DNA from: Podarcis muralis
Taxonomy: Eukaryota
Length of the DNA stretch: 64,000 nt
Reading direction: 5' to 3'
Assembly (NCBI RefSeq): GCF_964188315.1
Contig: NC_135657.1
Location: forward strand, 99,634,001-99,698,000
Position 1 is the first letter of the stretch; every line of letters starts with the position of its first letter. Of this stretch, positions 1 to 12,816 are shown in pieces. The notes beneath the pieces were generated by a model. It saw nothing but the letters and a program-made list of their open reading frames with translations, had not been told where the DNA came from and did not search any database. The translations under genes and the position numbers were made by a program.

Positions 1-634
1 AAACTTCATTGCCAGATGTTCAAGACCAGACATTGCTGTTAGCTGTAATTTGCTAAGCAGACAAGTCAACAATCCTAGTGTCAAGGATTGGAAAGCTCTG
101 AAACGCATAGCGCGGTATTTGAAAGGCACTATGCATTACAGACTGAGATTTAACAATCAGAAGTCTGGTGGTCTTGAAATATTTGCAGATGCAAGTTTTG
201 GAAGTGACACTACAGACAGGAAAAGTACGTCTGGAGTTTGCTACATGTACAATCAGGGTCTGTTTGATTGGTCATGCAAGAAGCAAACAACAGTTAGCTT
301 AAGTACTTGTGAAGCTGAACTGAATGCACTGTCTTATTCACTTAAGGATTGTGAATGGTTGATACAATTGTGCAAAGATATGAAAATTCCTGTCAAATGT
401 CCAATCCAGGTTTACCAGGACAACAAAGCATGTTTGGCTTTGCTGAAGTCTGAAGGTTGTAAGCAAAGCACGAAGCACTTGCAATTAAAGTTGCAGCATG
501 CTAGGGAATGTATTCAGAAGGGACTCGTAACGGTGTCCTATATGCCAGGTAATGAAATTCCTGCTGATGTATTGTCCAAGATTGTATCAAGGGATCAACA
601 CTGTACCTATGTGCAGAAGTTGGGTTTGTACTGA
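1..634 (+). mobile_element. Ty1/copia LTR retrotransposon, 3' end of pol (RT C-terminus plus RNase H), open to the stop at 634
   Basis: The open frame carries copia RT/RNaseH motifs: WKALKRIARYLKGT, FADASFGSDTTDRKSTSG, KQTTVSLSTCEAEL, YQDN, KHLQLK, ADVLSK. A polypurine tract and an LTR follow. Confidence 0.93.
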
Positions 635-681
635 TATTGTACGAACACGCTGCCCAGTGATGTTCACAGAAAGGGGGAGGA

Positions 682-994
682 TGTTGGTTTCTGCTTTCCT
701 TCACTGTGCAGCGAAAGGGCTTGTCACGAGACAGGTGTTTACATTCCACAGTCTGTACTGTTGGAGTTTCTCACGGGAAAGGGAGACTGGATGTGACGTA
801 CACTGGTTTCCTGTTTTTCACTCTGTGTGATTCTCTCCAAGCTGTCGAGGAGAGAGGATGCATTTTCTGCTCCGGCAGAGGCAAGATGTCTTTCTGTAAT
901 ATATCAGCTTTGAACTGTAAATAAAGCAATATAGAGTATGTAGTACGTACTCCTCATCCTTCCGCTGGGCACGGAACTCTGCTTTACACTAACA
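682..994 (+). mobile_element. 3' LTR of the copia element
   Basis: Preceded by the PPT agaaagggggagga (668-681). Termini TGTTGG...CTAACA form an imperfect inverted repeat; AATAAA at 920-925. Confidence 0.85.
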
Positions 995-1204
995 GAGGGA
1001 ACCACCAGAAGGTCCTCGGAGCTGGACCTCAGCTGAACGATGGGGGTGGAGACGCTCCTTCAGGTATACTGGGCTGAGGCCATTTAGGGCTTTAAAGGTC
1101 AGCACCAACACTTTGAATTGTGCTCAGAAATGTATTGGGAGCCAATGTAGGTCTTTCAGGACCAGTGTTCTATGGTCTTGGCCACTCCCAGCCAACCAGT
1201 CTAG
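995..1204 (-). mobile_element. L2-type LINE fragment, apparently the copia insertion target
   Basis: gagggaaccaccagaagg is the reverse complement of ccttctggtggttccctc, found in the L2-like 3' end at about 62530. Family assignment is from recognition. Confidence 0.55.
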
Positions 1205-1500
1205 CTGTAGAGCTCAACAACTCACTTTGTCTCTGGTATTTGTAATATGGAGACTGGTTTCTTAAGACAGCTTGAATGAAAGACAGGATTTCTTCTAATC
1301 CTCCAGTTTGCAGACCTGACCATGGGTGCATATTGGTTTGCTGGGTGGACAGAGCTGACCGCCATGTCCAGGAATGTGTTTTCCTTTAATTGTTGGGTGT
1401 TCACAAGAACACTGGATCATAACTCTCTTTCCCCCTCTTTCCCTGAGTTTTTCTATATTCTCCCTGGTAACTTGGTTTTCTGCCCTATAGATTTTTCATC

Positions 1501-4500
1501 ATGAGTGTGGACTGGATTGGCTTTGGTTATGCTGCGGTTGTGGCTCTCGGAGGTGCTGCAGGATATATTCGCAAAGGTAAGCACTGGAATTGTAGAATAC
1601 ACACACACAAAATAGAGTCTTCTTTCCCATTCCTTCTTGGATCACATTCCAGTGGTGTAGTAAGAATCATGTGAAACACTGAAACAAGACTGAAATCCAG
1701 AAAGCCTGTCGGATTTCAACCAGATCAGAATAAAATCTTAAATCTGGTCTGGTCAGATTATCTGATTGATTGGTTGATCTTCAATCTCGGAACAGTTGTA
1801 GAAAGGAGTGGAGGGAAATCCGAACATGCAATATACATTTTAAATAAATGTATTTTAAGTTTACCAAAAAGTGACCGTCATATTTCAAAAAGGCATTGTA
1901 GAAGCATTTCCATTTATTTTTCAGTTTTCTGCATATTTCCTTTTCCCCCTCTAAGCTTGATCTATTGTGATATCATTGTGACAGGCAGCAAAATCTCCTT
2001 GGTGGCTGGCCTGTTCTTCGGCTTGATGGCTGCTTATGGCGCATATTGGGTAACTCACGACCCCAGAGATATAAAGATATCGTTGTGTAAGTATCCTGCT
2101 TTCTGGAAAAGGCAGTGCACGGCAAGTTTTAAGAGGAAATTGAAATCTTGCTTTGAACGTAGTCATCCTAAAACAAATGATCATAAACTGAAAACAGATA
2201 GCCGTAAAATGGGAAGTACCTTTGTAACAGCTGCAGGTATTGACTCAAAATAGTCAGTCACCTCCAGTTTTAACTGCTTCATTTGGCTCCAGGGAGCATT
2301 TGGACTTCCAGTGAGTAAATGTTTTCTTTAATGTTAGGAAATGTTTCACATTTGGCAACACTAATCGATGGTTCAGCTCTTCCATGTGCAGAGCTATAAT
2401 CTATTTACATAGCACCAGGGTGGATTTGATTTAAATCAAATCAGTTTAAATCACGATTTAAATCATGATTTAAATCACTAGCCAGTAAGATTTAAATCAT
2501 TATTTTTTACAGAAAGGCTCATTCTTGCCGGTATAATCTTAATATTTACAACCAGATGAAGGTTTCCTTTTTGGAATAATTAATTTTCAGAGTCGTTTTT
2601 ACAGTTATATCAAAAATTACTGATTTGGTTATACATAGACAGATAATTATGAAATTATTGTGAGCTTTGATAAGTTATCTGTTTATATTTTTGACAACTT
2701 TTCTGCTGTACTTTATTGGAAGGAGAAAAACAATCATTTCCTTAATAACAATTTAAACAACTTACCATATTTTTCGCCCCATAGGGTGCGCACCGACCCC
2801 TCTCGCTCTCCAGGCTTCAGTGAAAGCCTGCATTCGCCCCATAGGACACACACACACATTTCCCCTTCACTTTTGGAGGGGAAAAAGTGCGTCCTATAGG
2901 GCGAAAAATACGGTATTTAACTAAAACAATCATATTATAGCATATTTATCCATGTTTGTTAACTCATGTGGTTAAACATTTTTTGGAAAAAACCCGACAA
3001 TTCAGACTGAGTTTTAGCACACATGAAAAACTTAAAACAAATCCTTATTTCCTGATGGATAGCCTTTGGACTATAATGTAACTTAAATAGAAAACTATCT
3101 TTAGAAGATTTTTCCTCCAAAAGCATTTTATTTTAAAAATTCAATTTAAATTTTAAATATCCGACTAAAAATTGTAAATATCCGATTAAAAATTTTAAAA
3201 ATCCAATTTAAATAAAAAAATATGTTTTTTAAAAAAAAATTAAGAAAAAACATTGATTTTTATCCACCCTGCATAGCACTCACCTGAGCCTTGCAGAGCT
3301 GTGCATCATGAGGATAGAGCATCCTTCACTGGTCTGGTACCACAACTCCCGTCATCCTTGGCCACTGAGCACGCTCTGTTGTTGTTACGTTTTGTTGTCG
3401 TAAACCACCCTGGAAACATGGCTGAAAGGCAGCATTTAAAAACCCATAGAATTAATAATAACCTAATGCTTGTATGTATGTTTGCAGTCACAGCTTTCCT
3501 CCTGACCGTTGTAATGGGAGTGAGGTTTAAGAGGACCAAGAAGCTAATGCCAGCTGGAATCATAGCAGGCCTCAGGTAGGTAAATAAAGAGAGAGTCCCC
3601 TTTTTACTCAGCTGCACTCCAGTCAGCACATACCTGAGAGAGTAAGCAGCCTTGAACACTGGGGGACTTACTCCAGAGTAAGTAAGCATAGGATTGTATT
3701 GCACACAACTTTAAACCATGGTCAGAGAGCTGCTGGTTGCGAATCTGTCTCTTGATTATAGAACTAGTTCTTAGGTGACAAAAGTCGTGGCAGTTGCATC
3801 CCTTACACAAGCAGAAAGGGTCCATCTGTGAGGTCTCAGCAGAAACTCTTGCCGGAAGAACAGGAGGCGACTTTTCTTCCACAAGCACTTTTTCTTCCAC
3901 ACTGTTCCCTTCGGAGCTGGCTTCAGGGAGCAGCAGGATATTGGGGAAAGTTTGCCTGTTGCTGGTTGCAAACCACAGCATTTCATAGTTTTCTGAGACC
4001 AAATTCTGTGTGTTCTGTGATTTTGCAGCTACACTGAGGTACATGATCTTATATTGGAGATACAGTTTCCAATATTGATTTTATATTGGAGATATAGTTT
4101 CCTGACCTTAAAACAAACAAGCAAGTTTCTTGTTTTTTAAGAGTAGGAAGCTAGGATTGAGAGTACATCATCAATAGGTTGAGAGAATGTTATTTCATAT
4201 GTGGTCAAAGAGTATTGGGCAGTGGCGTAGCGTGGGTTGTCAGCACCCGGGGCAAGGCAAGTAATTTGCACCCCCTAACCCGTGGATTTTAGCAGGGGCA
4301 GAGAGCTGCGAGTGCGAGCGCCCCCCCCCCAGATGTCGCGCCCGGTGCGGCCGGCCCCCCCCTGCACCCCCCACGCTACGCCACTGGTATTGGGAAATAA
4401 TTCATAATGAATTGGGGGGGGGGAGGGAAAGGTTAAAAGTACTTTTCCAAAAAAAACCACACCAGAATCTTTTTTGTTGGGGATAATCCAGACAGAAATT

Positions 4501-5258
4501 CCTAGGTGTCAAAAAAGGTTATTTATGTATGCCACAGCTGCTGCCCATGTTTTGTTAGCCCCAAAATGGAAAACGAGCGAGGTCCCAACTAAAGAGGAAT
4601 GGCAACTTAAACTGGTGGAATGTGCGCAGCTTGCGGACCTAACATATAGAATAAGAGAACAAGAAGAACATACATTTTTGGAAAATATTTGAGGGGAAAT
4701 TGTGTGCACTCGAAAACGTGGGCAGCATTAAGATAAATTCAACCGTGTAAATAAGTTTTGATGGATGTAATAATGGAATACTGAATGGTTTAGTTTATGT
4801 AAAATATGCAGGGATTTATGATAGGCAAAATGAACCATGGAAAGAGAAGAACAGAAGTCTTTGATATTTTAAGGTTGTTTAAATGAGCATTCTAAATTGT
4901 AAAACAGAAAATTTAAGAGACAGAGAGAGAACATCATCAGTGCCTTGTAAAACTGGGGAGAGGGGGTAGTTTTGTCCAGCCTTTTTTTGCTTATCTCTAT
5001 GATTTGAAGAATAACTAAATGCACACATTTGCATAGTTTGTGCAGGTCACGGAATTCAGCTTTTCTGAGCAGGGACTTTGGGTTACCTTGGTGTAGGGTT
5101 TTGTTTTTTAAAAAAAGATTAGAGTACACATAGTCCTAGATATGGAAATGTATCTTTCACGTCTCAACTGGCAGCATGCTTGCTAATTTCACTCTCTCTC
5201 TCTCTCTTTTAAACATAGCCTTCTGATGATCTTGAAGCTTGTTCTTCACCTGGTATGA
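1501..5258 (+). CDS. TMEM14A: Transmembrane protein 14A (4 coding exons, 101 aa)
   Basis: Exons 1501-1576, 1985-2086, 3488-3575, 5219-5258, all GT-AG, 306 nt in total. Translation: MSVDWIGFGYAAVVALGGAAGYIRKGSKISLVAGLFFGLMAAYGAYWVTHDPRDIKISLFTAFLLTVVMGVRFKRTKKLMPAGIIAGLSLLMILKLVLHLV. An acceptor before 1491 implies an upstream non-coding exon. Candidate AATAAA at 5982-5987. TMEM14A is also the human neighbour of the GSTA cluster. Confidence 0.95.
2416..3271. mobile_element. Non-autonomous hAT DNA transposon
   Basis: TIRs CAGGGTGGAT...ATCCACCCTG; exact 8-bp TSD CATAGCAC (2408-2415, 3272-3279); subterminal ATTTAAATC repeats. Confidence 0.9.
2765..2913. mobile_element. Tc1/mariner-pogo-type MITE nested in the hAT element
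   Basis: TIRs ccatatttttcgcccc / gggcgaaaaatacgg flanked by TA; related to the 18911-19169 copy. Confidence 0.8.
4220..4386. mobile_element. hAT MITE
   Basis: 17-bp TIR CAGTGGCGTAGCGTGGG...CCCACGCTACGCCACTG; 8-bp TSD GTATTGGG (4212-4219, 4387-4394). Confidence 0.92.
4450..4860 (+). mobile_element. L1-clade LINE 3' fragment (ORF2 C-terminus plus 3'UTR)
   Basis: ORF 4474-4692 (LGIIQTEIPRCQKRLFMYATAAAHVLLAPKWKTSEVPTKEEW) resembles the C-terminal region of non-mammalian L1 ORF2. Confidence 0.75.
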
Positions 5259-6107
5259 GAGACCAAAGCAGCAAGAAACAGCATTTGTATAATTTTACAT
5301 GAACAAGCAACAATTCCTTTGTATTTTTCAATGTATATGTAGGAAGATCAAGCACTTTTGGGGGGTTAATGACTACTGCACAAAAGGCAGTGTTACGTTT
5401 TTGTGGATTTGGGGCTACATTCTTTAAGTTGCATTAGTGTTTTCTCTAAGTAGCATTTTCTTGGGCTGTGGTCCTATACCCCTGGGAGCTATTGACCTCA
5501 ATGGCATTTATTTCTGATTAGAAATGCATACGATTGTTTGTAATTTTTGTTGGCATCTATGTTCTTGTTTAGACAAGTGATTGACTTGTCCTTTAAAGAC
5601 GATCCAAGTTATTTTTTAATTTTTTTGTGGAGCAGTGAGATTTCAGTGATGCCTTACTCTTAACAGTAAGAAGTACACCATCAGAAATAATGGGAATCAC
5701 AAGGCCATTGAAACTCAGACTCCTGCTCTGTGGCATATGCTTTGAATTCATCTGCAGCCCTGAATGACAATTTTGCAGACATGGAGATTTACAAAACACG
5801 AAATAGAGCATTGCAAACATGCATACATAACAATTTTCATTATCTTATTATCTTGTACTGAAGCTCCCTGATTAATAGACATATCTGATGCATATAGAAC
5901 TAAAAACATTTTTTATTGCCGAAACACAGGAAAGCTTTGTTTCCGTCCAGAAATCCAGAATATGGAAACTGCCAAAACTGAAATAAAGACGTTTAATATA
6001 TTGAAGGCATGTTCTCTTGTCTTAACTGCTGACATTGAAAAACTTCTTGAATTCTTAGGATGATGTAGTATAAGTAACCAGAAGAGAGCTTTTGTGATTT
6101 TACTACT

Positions 6108-6470
6108 AGGTAAAGGTAAAAAGGTTAAGTCCAGTCAAAGGCAATGATGGGGTTGCGACGCTCATCTCACTTTCAGGACGAGGAAGCCGACATTTGTCCA
6201 CAGACAGCTTTCCGGGTCATGTGACCAGCATGACTAAACCACTTCTGGTGCAATGGGGCACTGGCGGAAACCAGAGCGCACAGAAAAACGGTTTACCTTC
6301 GTGCCACAGCAGTACCTATTTATCTACTTGCACTGGTGTGCTTTCAAACTGCTAGGTTGGCAGGAGCTGGGACAGAGCAACAGCTCACCCTGTCGTGTGG
6401 ATTCGAACCACTGACCTTCCAATCAGCAAGCCCAAGAGGCTCAGTGGTTTAGACCACAGTGCCACCCACG
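6108..6470 (-). mobile_element. Sauria SINE
   Basis: Full-length Sauria SINE motifs with an (ACCTTT)n tail; 8-bp TSD TTACTACT (6100-6107, 6471-6478). Confidence 0.9.
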
Positions 6471-7075
6471 TTACTACTTGGTGTGACTTATGTTCTGTGT
6501 CCTTCAAATGTTGTATTGTCACCACTCAGGAGTTTTCAGGTGAACTTTGGAAGAGTTCAGAATCAGGCCAAAGTCCTCACCACTTCATCATCCTGTTGTC
6601 ACAGTAATCAGCCAGAGGCCTATTCGAACCCCCAAAACAGGAACTGAGCACAAGCACTCTACTCACTTGCGATTCCCAAGTCTGGCATACAGTTTGCCCT
6701 AAGTACCATGTATGCTTTTCACATGTTTTGTTTAATTTTTTAAAAAAATAATACCATGTGGAGGGATCAGGTCCATGGCACACTGGAAGAGAAGGCTAAC
6801 CCATTCCCTCTACTGAGTCTTGATGGAAACCCACTGCCACCTGCCAAAAGATGCTTCCTGCATGAACGGCATATGGGGGGCATTTTCTTTCAGGATGGGA
6901 CGAAGCCTTAACTCCCTTCTCCCTGTTTGTCATGAGCCCAATCCTGATTTTGCTCTGCTTCAACTGCTGACCTCGGAGCTAAAGGGAGACATATGATTCT
7001 CTCCAACAATGTCCAGTGTCGCAGCTAAATTTCTGCTCCAGGGCGAAACTTAATTCTGCACTCCAAACACCTATA

Positions 7076-7301
7076 CAGTGGTACCTCGGGTTACATACGC
7101 TTCAGGTTACAGACTCTGCTAACCCAGAAATAGTACCTCGGGTTAAGAACTTTGCTTCAGGGTGAGAACAGAAATTGTGCTCCGGTGGCGCGGTGGCAGC
7201 GGGAGGCCCCATTAGCTAAAGTGGTGCTTCAGGTTAAGAACAGTTTCAGGTTAAGAACGGACCTCTGGAACGAATTAAGTACTTAACCCGAGGTACCACT
7301 G
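7076..7301. mobile_element. Tigger/mariner-type MITE
   Basis: TIRs CAGTGGTACCTCGGGTTA...TAACCCGAGGTACCACTG; a near-identical copy lies at 37861-38086. Confidence 0.9.
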
Positions 7302-7832
7302 CACTCAGATTATGATCTGAAAGGAATGGTACAATTCCTTTCCCTCTTGTGTTTCTTTAACTTGAATTAACCACCCTGTTTTTTTGCTTGACTTAGACAC
7401 ACTACAGTATTTTCATTCTCTCTCCCCCCACCACCACCATCCCAACCTTTCACCCTGTCAGACACTTGGTTACATAAGTGCCAGGTTGCTAGGCTGATCA
7501 TTTGGTGCCCCCCCCCCCTGCAAAATGTCCCCCTGTGTCCCTTTAACATTCCGTGAACCTTTGCCCAGACTGTGCAGAGCAGGCCTCTGAAACCAAATGC
7601 AACCGTTTTGTAGCATCCAAACACAAAATGGCGGAACATTTATTCACTCTGCTCGGTCAGAAGCCCATTGGGTTCAATGGGACTTGCTCCTGATAAGTAT
7701 AGGAAGGCTGCCTGAGGAGGCTCAGTCATGGAAATGCTATTCACCCCCCATGTTCACTATGTCGGCGTGACAATTTACAGTGGCACAATGACACACAGAG
7801 CTATATATAGTGGTCACCAGACATAAGCTTTG

Positions 7833-7833
<1 letters not shown>

Positions 7834-7869
<36 letters not shown>

Positions 7870-7878
7870 TGTGTGTGT
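7834..7878. repeat. (CT)n-(GT)n compound microsatellite
   Basis: Read directly from the sequence. Confidence 0.9.
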
Positions 7879-8074
7879 AAGTGCTCTCAGATTTATCTCC
7901 AGAATCGATAAACAGCAGTAAGACAGTCCTTTCTGCATTTGTTCAACAGCTTAATTTTAAACCAGCTATTAAACTGCTGAGTTGTACTCATTGTATCTCC
8001 AAGGCCAGAAAAGTTGATAATTAATTCATGCAGTGAGTTTTGCAACATTTTTTTGAAAAAGACAACGAACTAAC

Positions 8075-8740
8075 TGGATAGGGTCAAAACAAGATTTAAA
8101 AAATCCTTCCAGTAGCACCTTAGAGACCAACTAAGTTTGTTATTGGTATGAGTATTTGTGTGCATGCACACTGTGTATCTTTTTTTTAAAAAAAAAAAAT
8201 TTTTATTGAGTTTCTTTTCTTAAAGTCATAGACACAAAATTAGGGTAAGAAAATACAAGAAACAAATACAAAACCTAAATAATAAAAAGGTCATTACAAT
8301 CCAATTTTCAGTAGTTTTTTCAGTATTCCAAATGGACTTCCCCACATCCTCCCGACTCTGCGTTCTTTGTAGTAAAAATTTCAGCAATTTGTTACCCTGT
8401 TTCTTAACTTACTGTATCTTTCAGTTATTATGTTTCTAAGTTCACAATATTATATCCCACATGCACACTGTGTATCTGAAGAAGTGTGCATGCACACAAA
8501 AGCTCATACCAATAACAAACTTAGTAACAAACTTCCAGTAGCACCTTCGAGACCAACTAAGTTTGTTATTGGTATGAGCTTTTGTGTGCATGCACACTTC
8601 TTCAGATACACAGTGTGCATGCACACAAATACTCATACCAATAACAAACTTAGTTGGTCTCGAAGGTGCTACTGGAAGGAATTTTTTAATTTTGTTTTGA
8701 CTACGGCAGACCAACATGGCTACCTACCTGTAACTAGAAC
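8075..8740. mobile_element. Penelope-like element pLTR relic, inverted-duplicated (palindromic)
   Basis: Two head-to-head units of ttccagtagcacctt(a/c)gagaccaactaagtttgttattggtatgag...gtgtgcatgcacac. The end ggcagaccaacatggctacctacctg is typical of squamate Penelope repeats (recognition). Contains hammerhead-like cores. Confidence 0.7.
8181..8459 (-). mobile_element. 5'-truncated L1-type retroposed insertion
   Basis: Poly-T at the left edge; 18-bp TSD CATGCACACTGTGTATCT (8163-8180, 8460-8477). Confidence 0.8.
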
Positions 8741-9443
8741 TATAGATAGGGTCAGCCACTAAAGTCTGGCAGAGCACCCAGTCATTTTCCCACTTTGCAT
8801 AACAGACAGAACTTCAGCAGCTACAGTTTTCCATTACTTCATAGCGAATTTTGCAGCTGTGGAAGGCCACATATTTAATAATGTAAGCTGGCGTATTCCA
8901 TGCATTATACTGAATGCACACAAGGCAGGGAGCGTGTCCACGGAACATGTCCGTGCTGCAGGTGGAGTTAGCTCATGTAGTCCTATTAAGCCATGTCCCA
9001 AACTCCCAATAGGAAGATTTATGGCTCTAAATCGGGGTGGGAAGCCTGTGACCTTCCACATGTTGTCAGACTCCAAATACTGTCAACCCCCATCCATCAT
9101 GGCCAATGAACAGAGATGAGGGGCGTTGGAGTCTGACAACTACTGGAGGGCCATAGGCACAGAAATCACACATCAATACTTTTATTTCTTGTATTTATAA
9201 AGTGTGCAACCTACTCAAACATTCCAAGCCGACAGTATTATTGTAGGTCATGTGTAAGGTTGCCAACTCTGGCTGAGGTAATTCCAGCATAGAGTTTTCA
9301 AACTGAGATTGAATTTCGGCATGTTTCATTACCCTTCTAAATGCTGGTTAGAATTCACAGAATTCTTTCACCCCTTTAAACAGTAAACCCTGGGGAGCTA
9401 CCAAGATAAAGAAGCAGCATAAATTGGAACCTCCTAATGCTCT

Positions 9444-9805
9444 GGGACGCGGGTGGCGCTGTGGGTAAAACCTCAGCGCCTAGGACTTGCCGATCACATG
9501 GTCGGCAGTTCGAATCCCCGCGGCGGGGTGCGCTCCCGTCGTTCGGTCCCAGTGCCTGCCAACCTAGCAGTTCGAAAGCACCTCCGGGTGCAAGTAGATA
9601 AATAGGGACCGCTTACTAGCGGGAAGGTAAACGGCGTTTCCGTGTGCTGCGCTGGCTCGCCAGATGCAGCTTGTCACACTGGCCATGTGACCCGGAAGTG
9701 TCTCCGGACAGCGCTGGCCCCTGGCCTCTTAAGTGTGATGGGCGCACAACCCCAGAGTCTGTCAAGACTAGCCCGTACGGGCAGGGGTACCTTTACCTTT
9801 ACCTT
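9444..9805 (+). mobile_element. Sauria SINE
   Basis: Runs gggacgcgggtggcgctgtggg...cctttacctttacctt; the flanking duplication taatgctct(ggg) occurs at 9435 and 9806. Confidence 0.92.
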
Positions 9806-10810
9806 TAATGCTCTGGGTAAGTGGGGGAAAGGATAAACACAGGTTAAATGCAGGCCCAGTCTTGTTTGATGACACAAGGCTGACAAATTAAGAAGGCTGA
9901 GAAGTGGGATTCTCTAGTTTTAGTCTAAAGCAAGTATATTCCATTACAGGGATTAATATAGTACTTCTCTGAAATGATCATTTGCTTTGTGAATATTCCA
10001 GTTCTCATACTGTATCATCTATTTGGCTGGAGGGTGAAAAACAAACCCAAGGAGTGGCTCAGTGACTGCTTACCCTGATATAATACTGTTGTTTTAAACA
10101 GATTAGTTCCTTGTTAAGTGCCCATGGCAACTTTGGAAAACAAATAAATGTGGGACAAAAAATATATATAACCCTTTACAATATTCTACTTCTAAGGCAA
10201 ATCTACCGATTAAAACTTTTAAAGGCATGGGAGTTTTGCATCACGATGGTAACACTTGTCCTCAGGCCCTTTTTGCAGAGAGGTGAGTGGTGGTCATGTA
10301 CCCATTGCTGAGAACAGTCCTCTGTTTTGGGGGGCTGGGGAACCTGTGGCTCTCTGTACATCAGCCACATGGGCTAGGCTTCCCTGTTCTATTCAAGGGA
10401 CTGACCAGTTCAAGCCCTTCAAATATAAAGAACCCTAAGAAAGACGAGCAGGGATCTTGGAGGTGCCCATCAGAAGCTGGCACATGGGCAATGTTTCTCA
10501 TTTGGCAGCACTCATTGATGGGGCTGTGGGATGTAAGAATCATGTGCAGTCAAACACAACATGGGTAGACATGAAGGTTCTCTCAGTCCTCCAGCCAGAA
10601 CTTCCTGCTTTCCAGGACTGAGACGAAACTTCCTATGTGCAACTTGAGATGGGTGTGGCCTCTCCTGAAGTAGAAAGAACCAGAATCACAGGCTGGTGGC
10701 AATCTTGTCTCTCTCGTCTTTATCGATGCCATCTTAACAACAGCACTACTAAGATGCACCCTTGGCTCCAGGCCAAGAGAAGAAAAAGGGGGCTTTCTCC
10801 CATAAGGAGA

Positions 10811-11163
10811 TAGGTAAAGGTAAAGGGACCCTGACCATTAGGTCCAGTCGTGACCGACTCTAGGGTTGCGGCACTCATCTCGCTTTTTTGGCCGAGGGAG
10901 CTGACGTACAGCTTCTGGGTCATGTGGCCAGCACGACTAAGCCGCTTCTGGAGAACCAGAGCAGCGCACGGAAACGCCGTTTACCTTCCCGCCGGAGTGG
11001 TACCTATTTATCTGCTTGCACTTTGACGTGCTTTTGAACTGCTAGGTTGGCAGGAGCAGGGACCGAGCAACGGGAGCTCACCCCGTTGTGGGGATTTGAA
11101 CAGCCAACCTTCTGATCAGCAAGTCCTAGGCTCTGTGGTTTAACCCACAGCGCCACCCACGTC
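10811..11163 (-). mobile_element. Sauria SINE
   Basis: Full-length reverse-complement match to the other copies. Confidence 0.92.
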
Positions 11164-12816
11164 ACCACATTTAAACTATGTTGTAACCTTTTAAGTCTGC
11201 CTTCTGGAAACCTTTGTGTGAACAGATGATCACTTGTGAGTAAACGTTTTATGCTTTACAGAAGACTGTGTAGCGACTTATTTTAGGGAGGATTAAATGG
11301 GGGAAATACCAGGAAATATTTACAGAGACTCTAAGGAGTCTGAGCAAGCTATCTGCTGTGTGTGTGTGTTTAAGAAAGGAGAATGTTAACTCTGCTGATT
11401 TTGTTGAACTTGTAAAGACAAGTTGGGATAGGATATCTTAGACAATATATCCTTCCCCCGCATCCCTAAACATCCCCACAGGGGCTGCCCCTTCTTGTAC
11501 GGAGCTCAACTCCCCTGCACTCACCAGAGCCTTGCACAGCTTTGTACTGTATTCTCATCATTTCTGACCACTGGCCAAATTTACTCTGCTGGCTGTGACT
11601 TGCAGGTTTCCTTTGAACTGTGGGTGGAAGGGAGATGAACACAGCTTTTCTATTCCAGTGTGGACTTTGACTCCCCGACTGAATTGGGCAGCTTCCAAAG
11701 CACTTTGCCCTTGAGATAGGCCATTTTCTAAAATGCCAAATTGGAGTCGGAACCAAAATCTGTGATCAGCACATACTGAAGCATGTAAGATCATGAGAAG
11801 TAGGGAGGAAAACCATCCGGGTTGAGATCTAAGCATGCTTACGTGAAATGAGTAAGATTTCCTCCTAAAATCCATGTTTCACAGAGAGATGCATGCCAGC
11901 AAACAGTCGTAATAAATACAGCTCAACAGAAAAGAAAGAAATGCATTTTAATTGTTAAGGCAGTTATCCTTGGTAATGATTGAGTTACTACATAGTAACA
12001 AATTCAGTGCCTGAACAGATTTGTGTCGTAGGTCAAGGAAGACAAAGGATAGTTTAGTAACATAGTAATAATCACTAACAGTACATATGACTGCCTTTGA
12101 CATGATTCCTACATTTCTCCTGCTGCTGCTCATCTGAAGACATTCTAAGTGGCACATAACCAATTGTTTGTTGACCCTGGCAATGATTTCCAACGAGGGA
12201 CAAAAATTTAATTTAAACATTTTATCCAATTTTTTTGGTATGTGAATGCATAAAAATCGAAAGGCCTCTGAGTACTTTGCATAAATCTAACTGGATGTTG
12301 GGGTTGATATTATAGTACACAACAACTGATTTCTCAAAATTAGTACATAGCCCTGAAATTCATGCAAAGTGTTGTAATTCAATTTTAAAGCCTTGTTTGG
12401 ATCTACCTGGGTTCTCAAGCATCAAAATCATGGACTCCCCACATGTTTAGCATAAATCCCGATTAATGTAATTGAACTACTTTTGCCACCAGCAAGTTCT
12501 ATGTCTGTGCTAATACTGAAAGAACGCACTTTTAGTCTGGACTGAGCAGCATGAAGGGTCTATATAACCCCCTCATTTTCTTATCCCAAATTGGTTTGGA
12601 CATTATTATTACCCATGATCATGCCAGGTTTCCGAAAGCATGCCCCCTGACCAGAATGGATTTAAAAGTTGAGTTAGATGTGGGAGTAACTTTTCACAGA
12701 ATTTGTAATAAAATATCAAGGTGGCTGACAAAAAGTTAGCAAGGTGTATGTGGAGAAGCAGTATAAATCAAGAAAAATAAGGCCACTGTTTGCAGTGATT
12801 GTCGTAGCTCAAGTGC

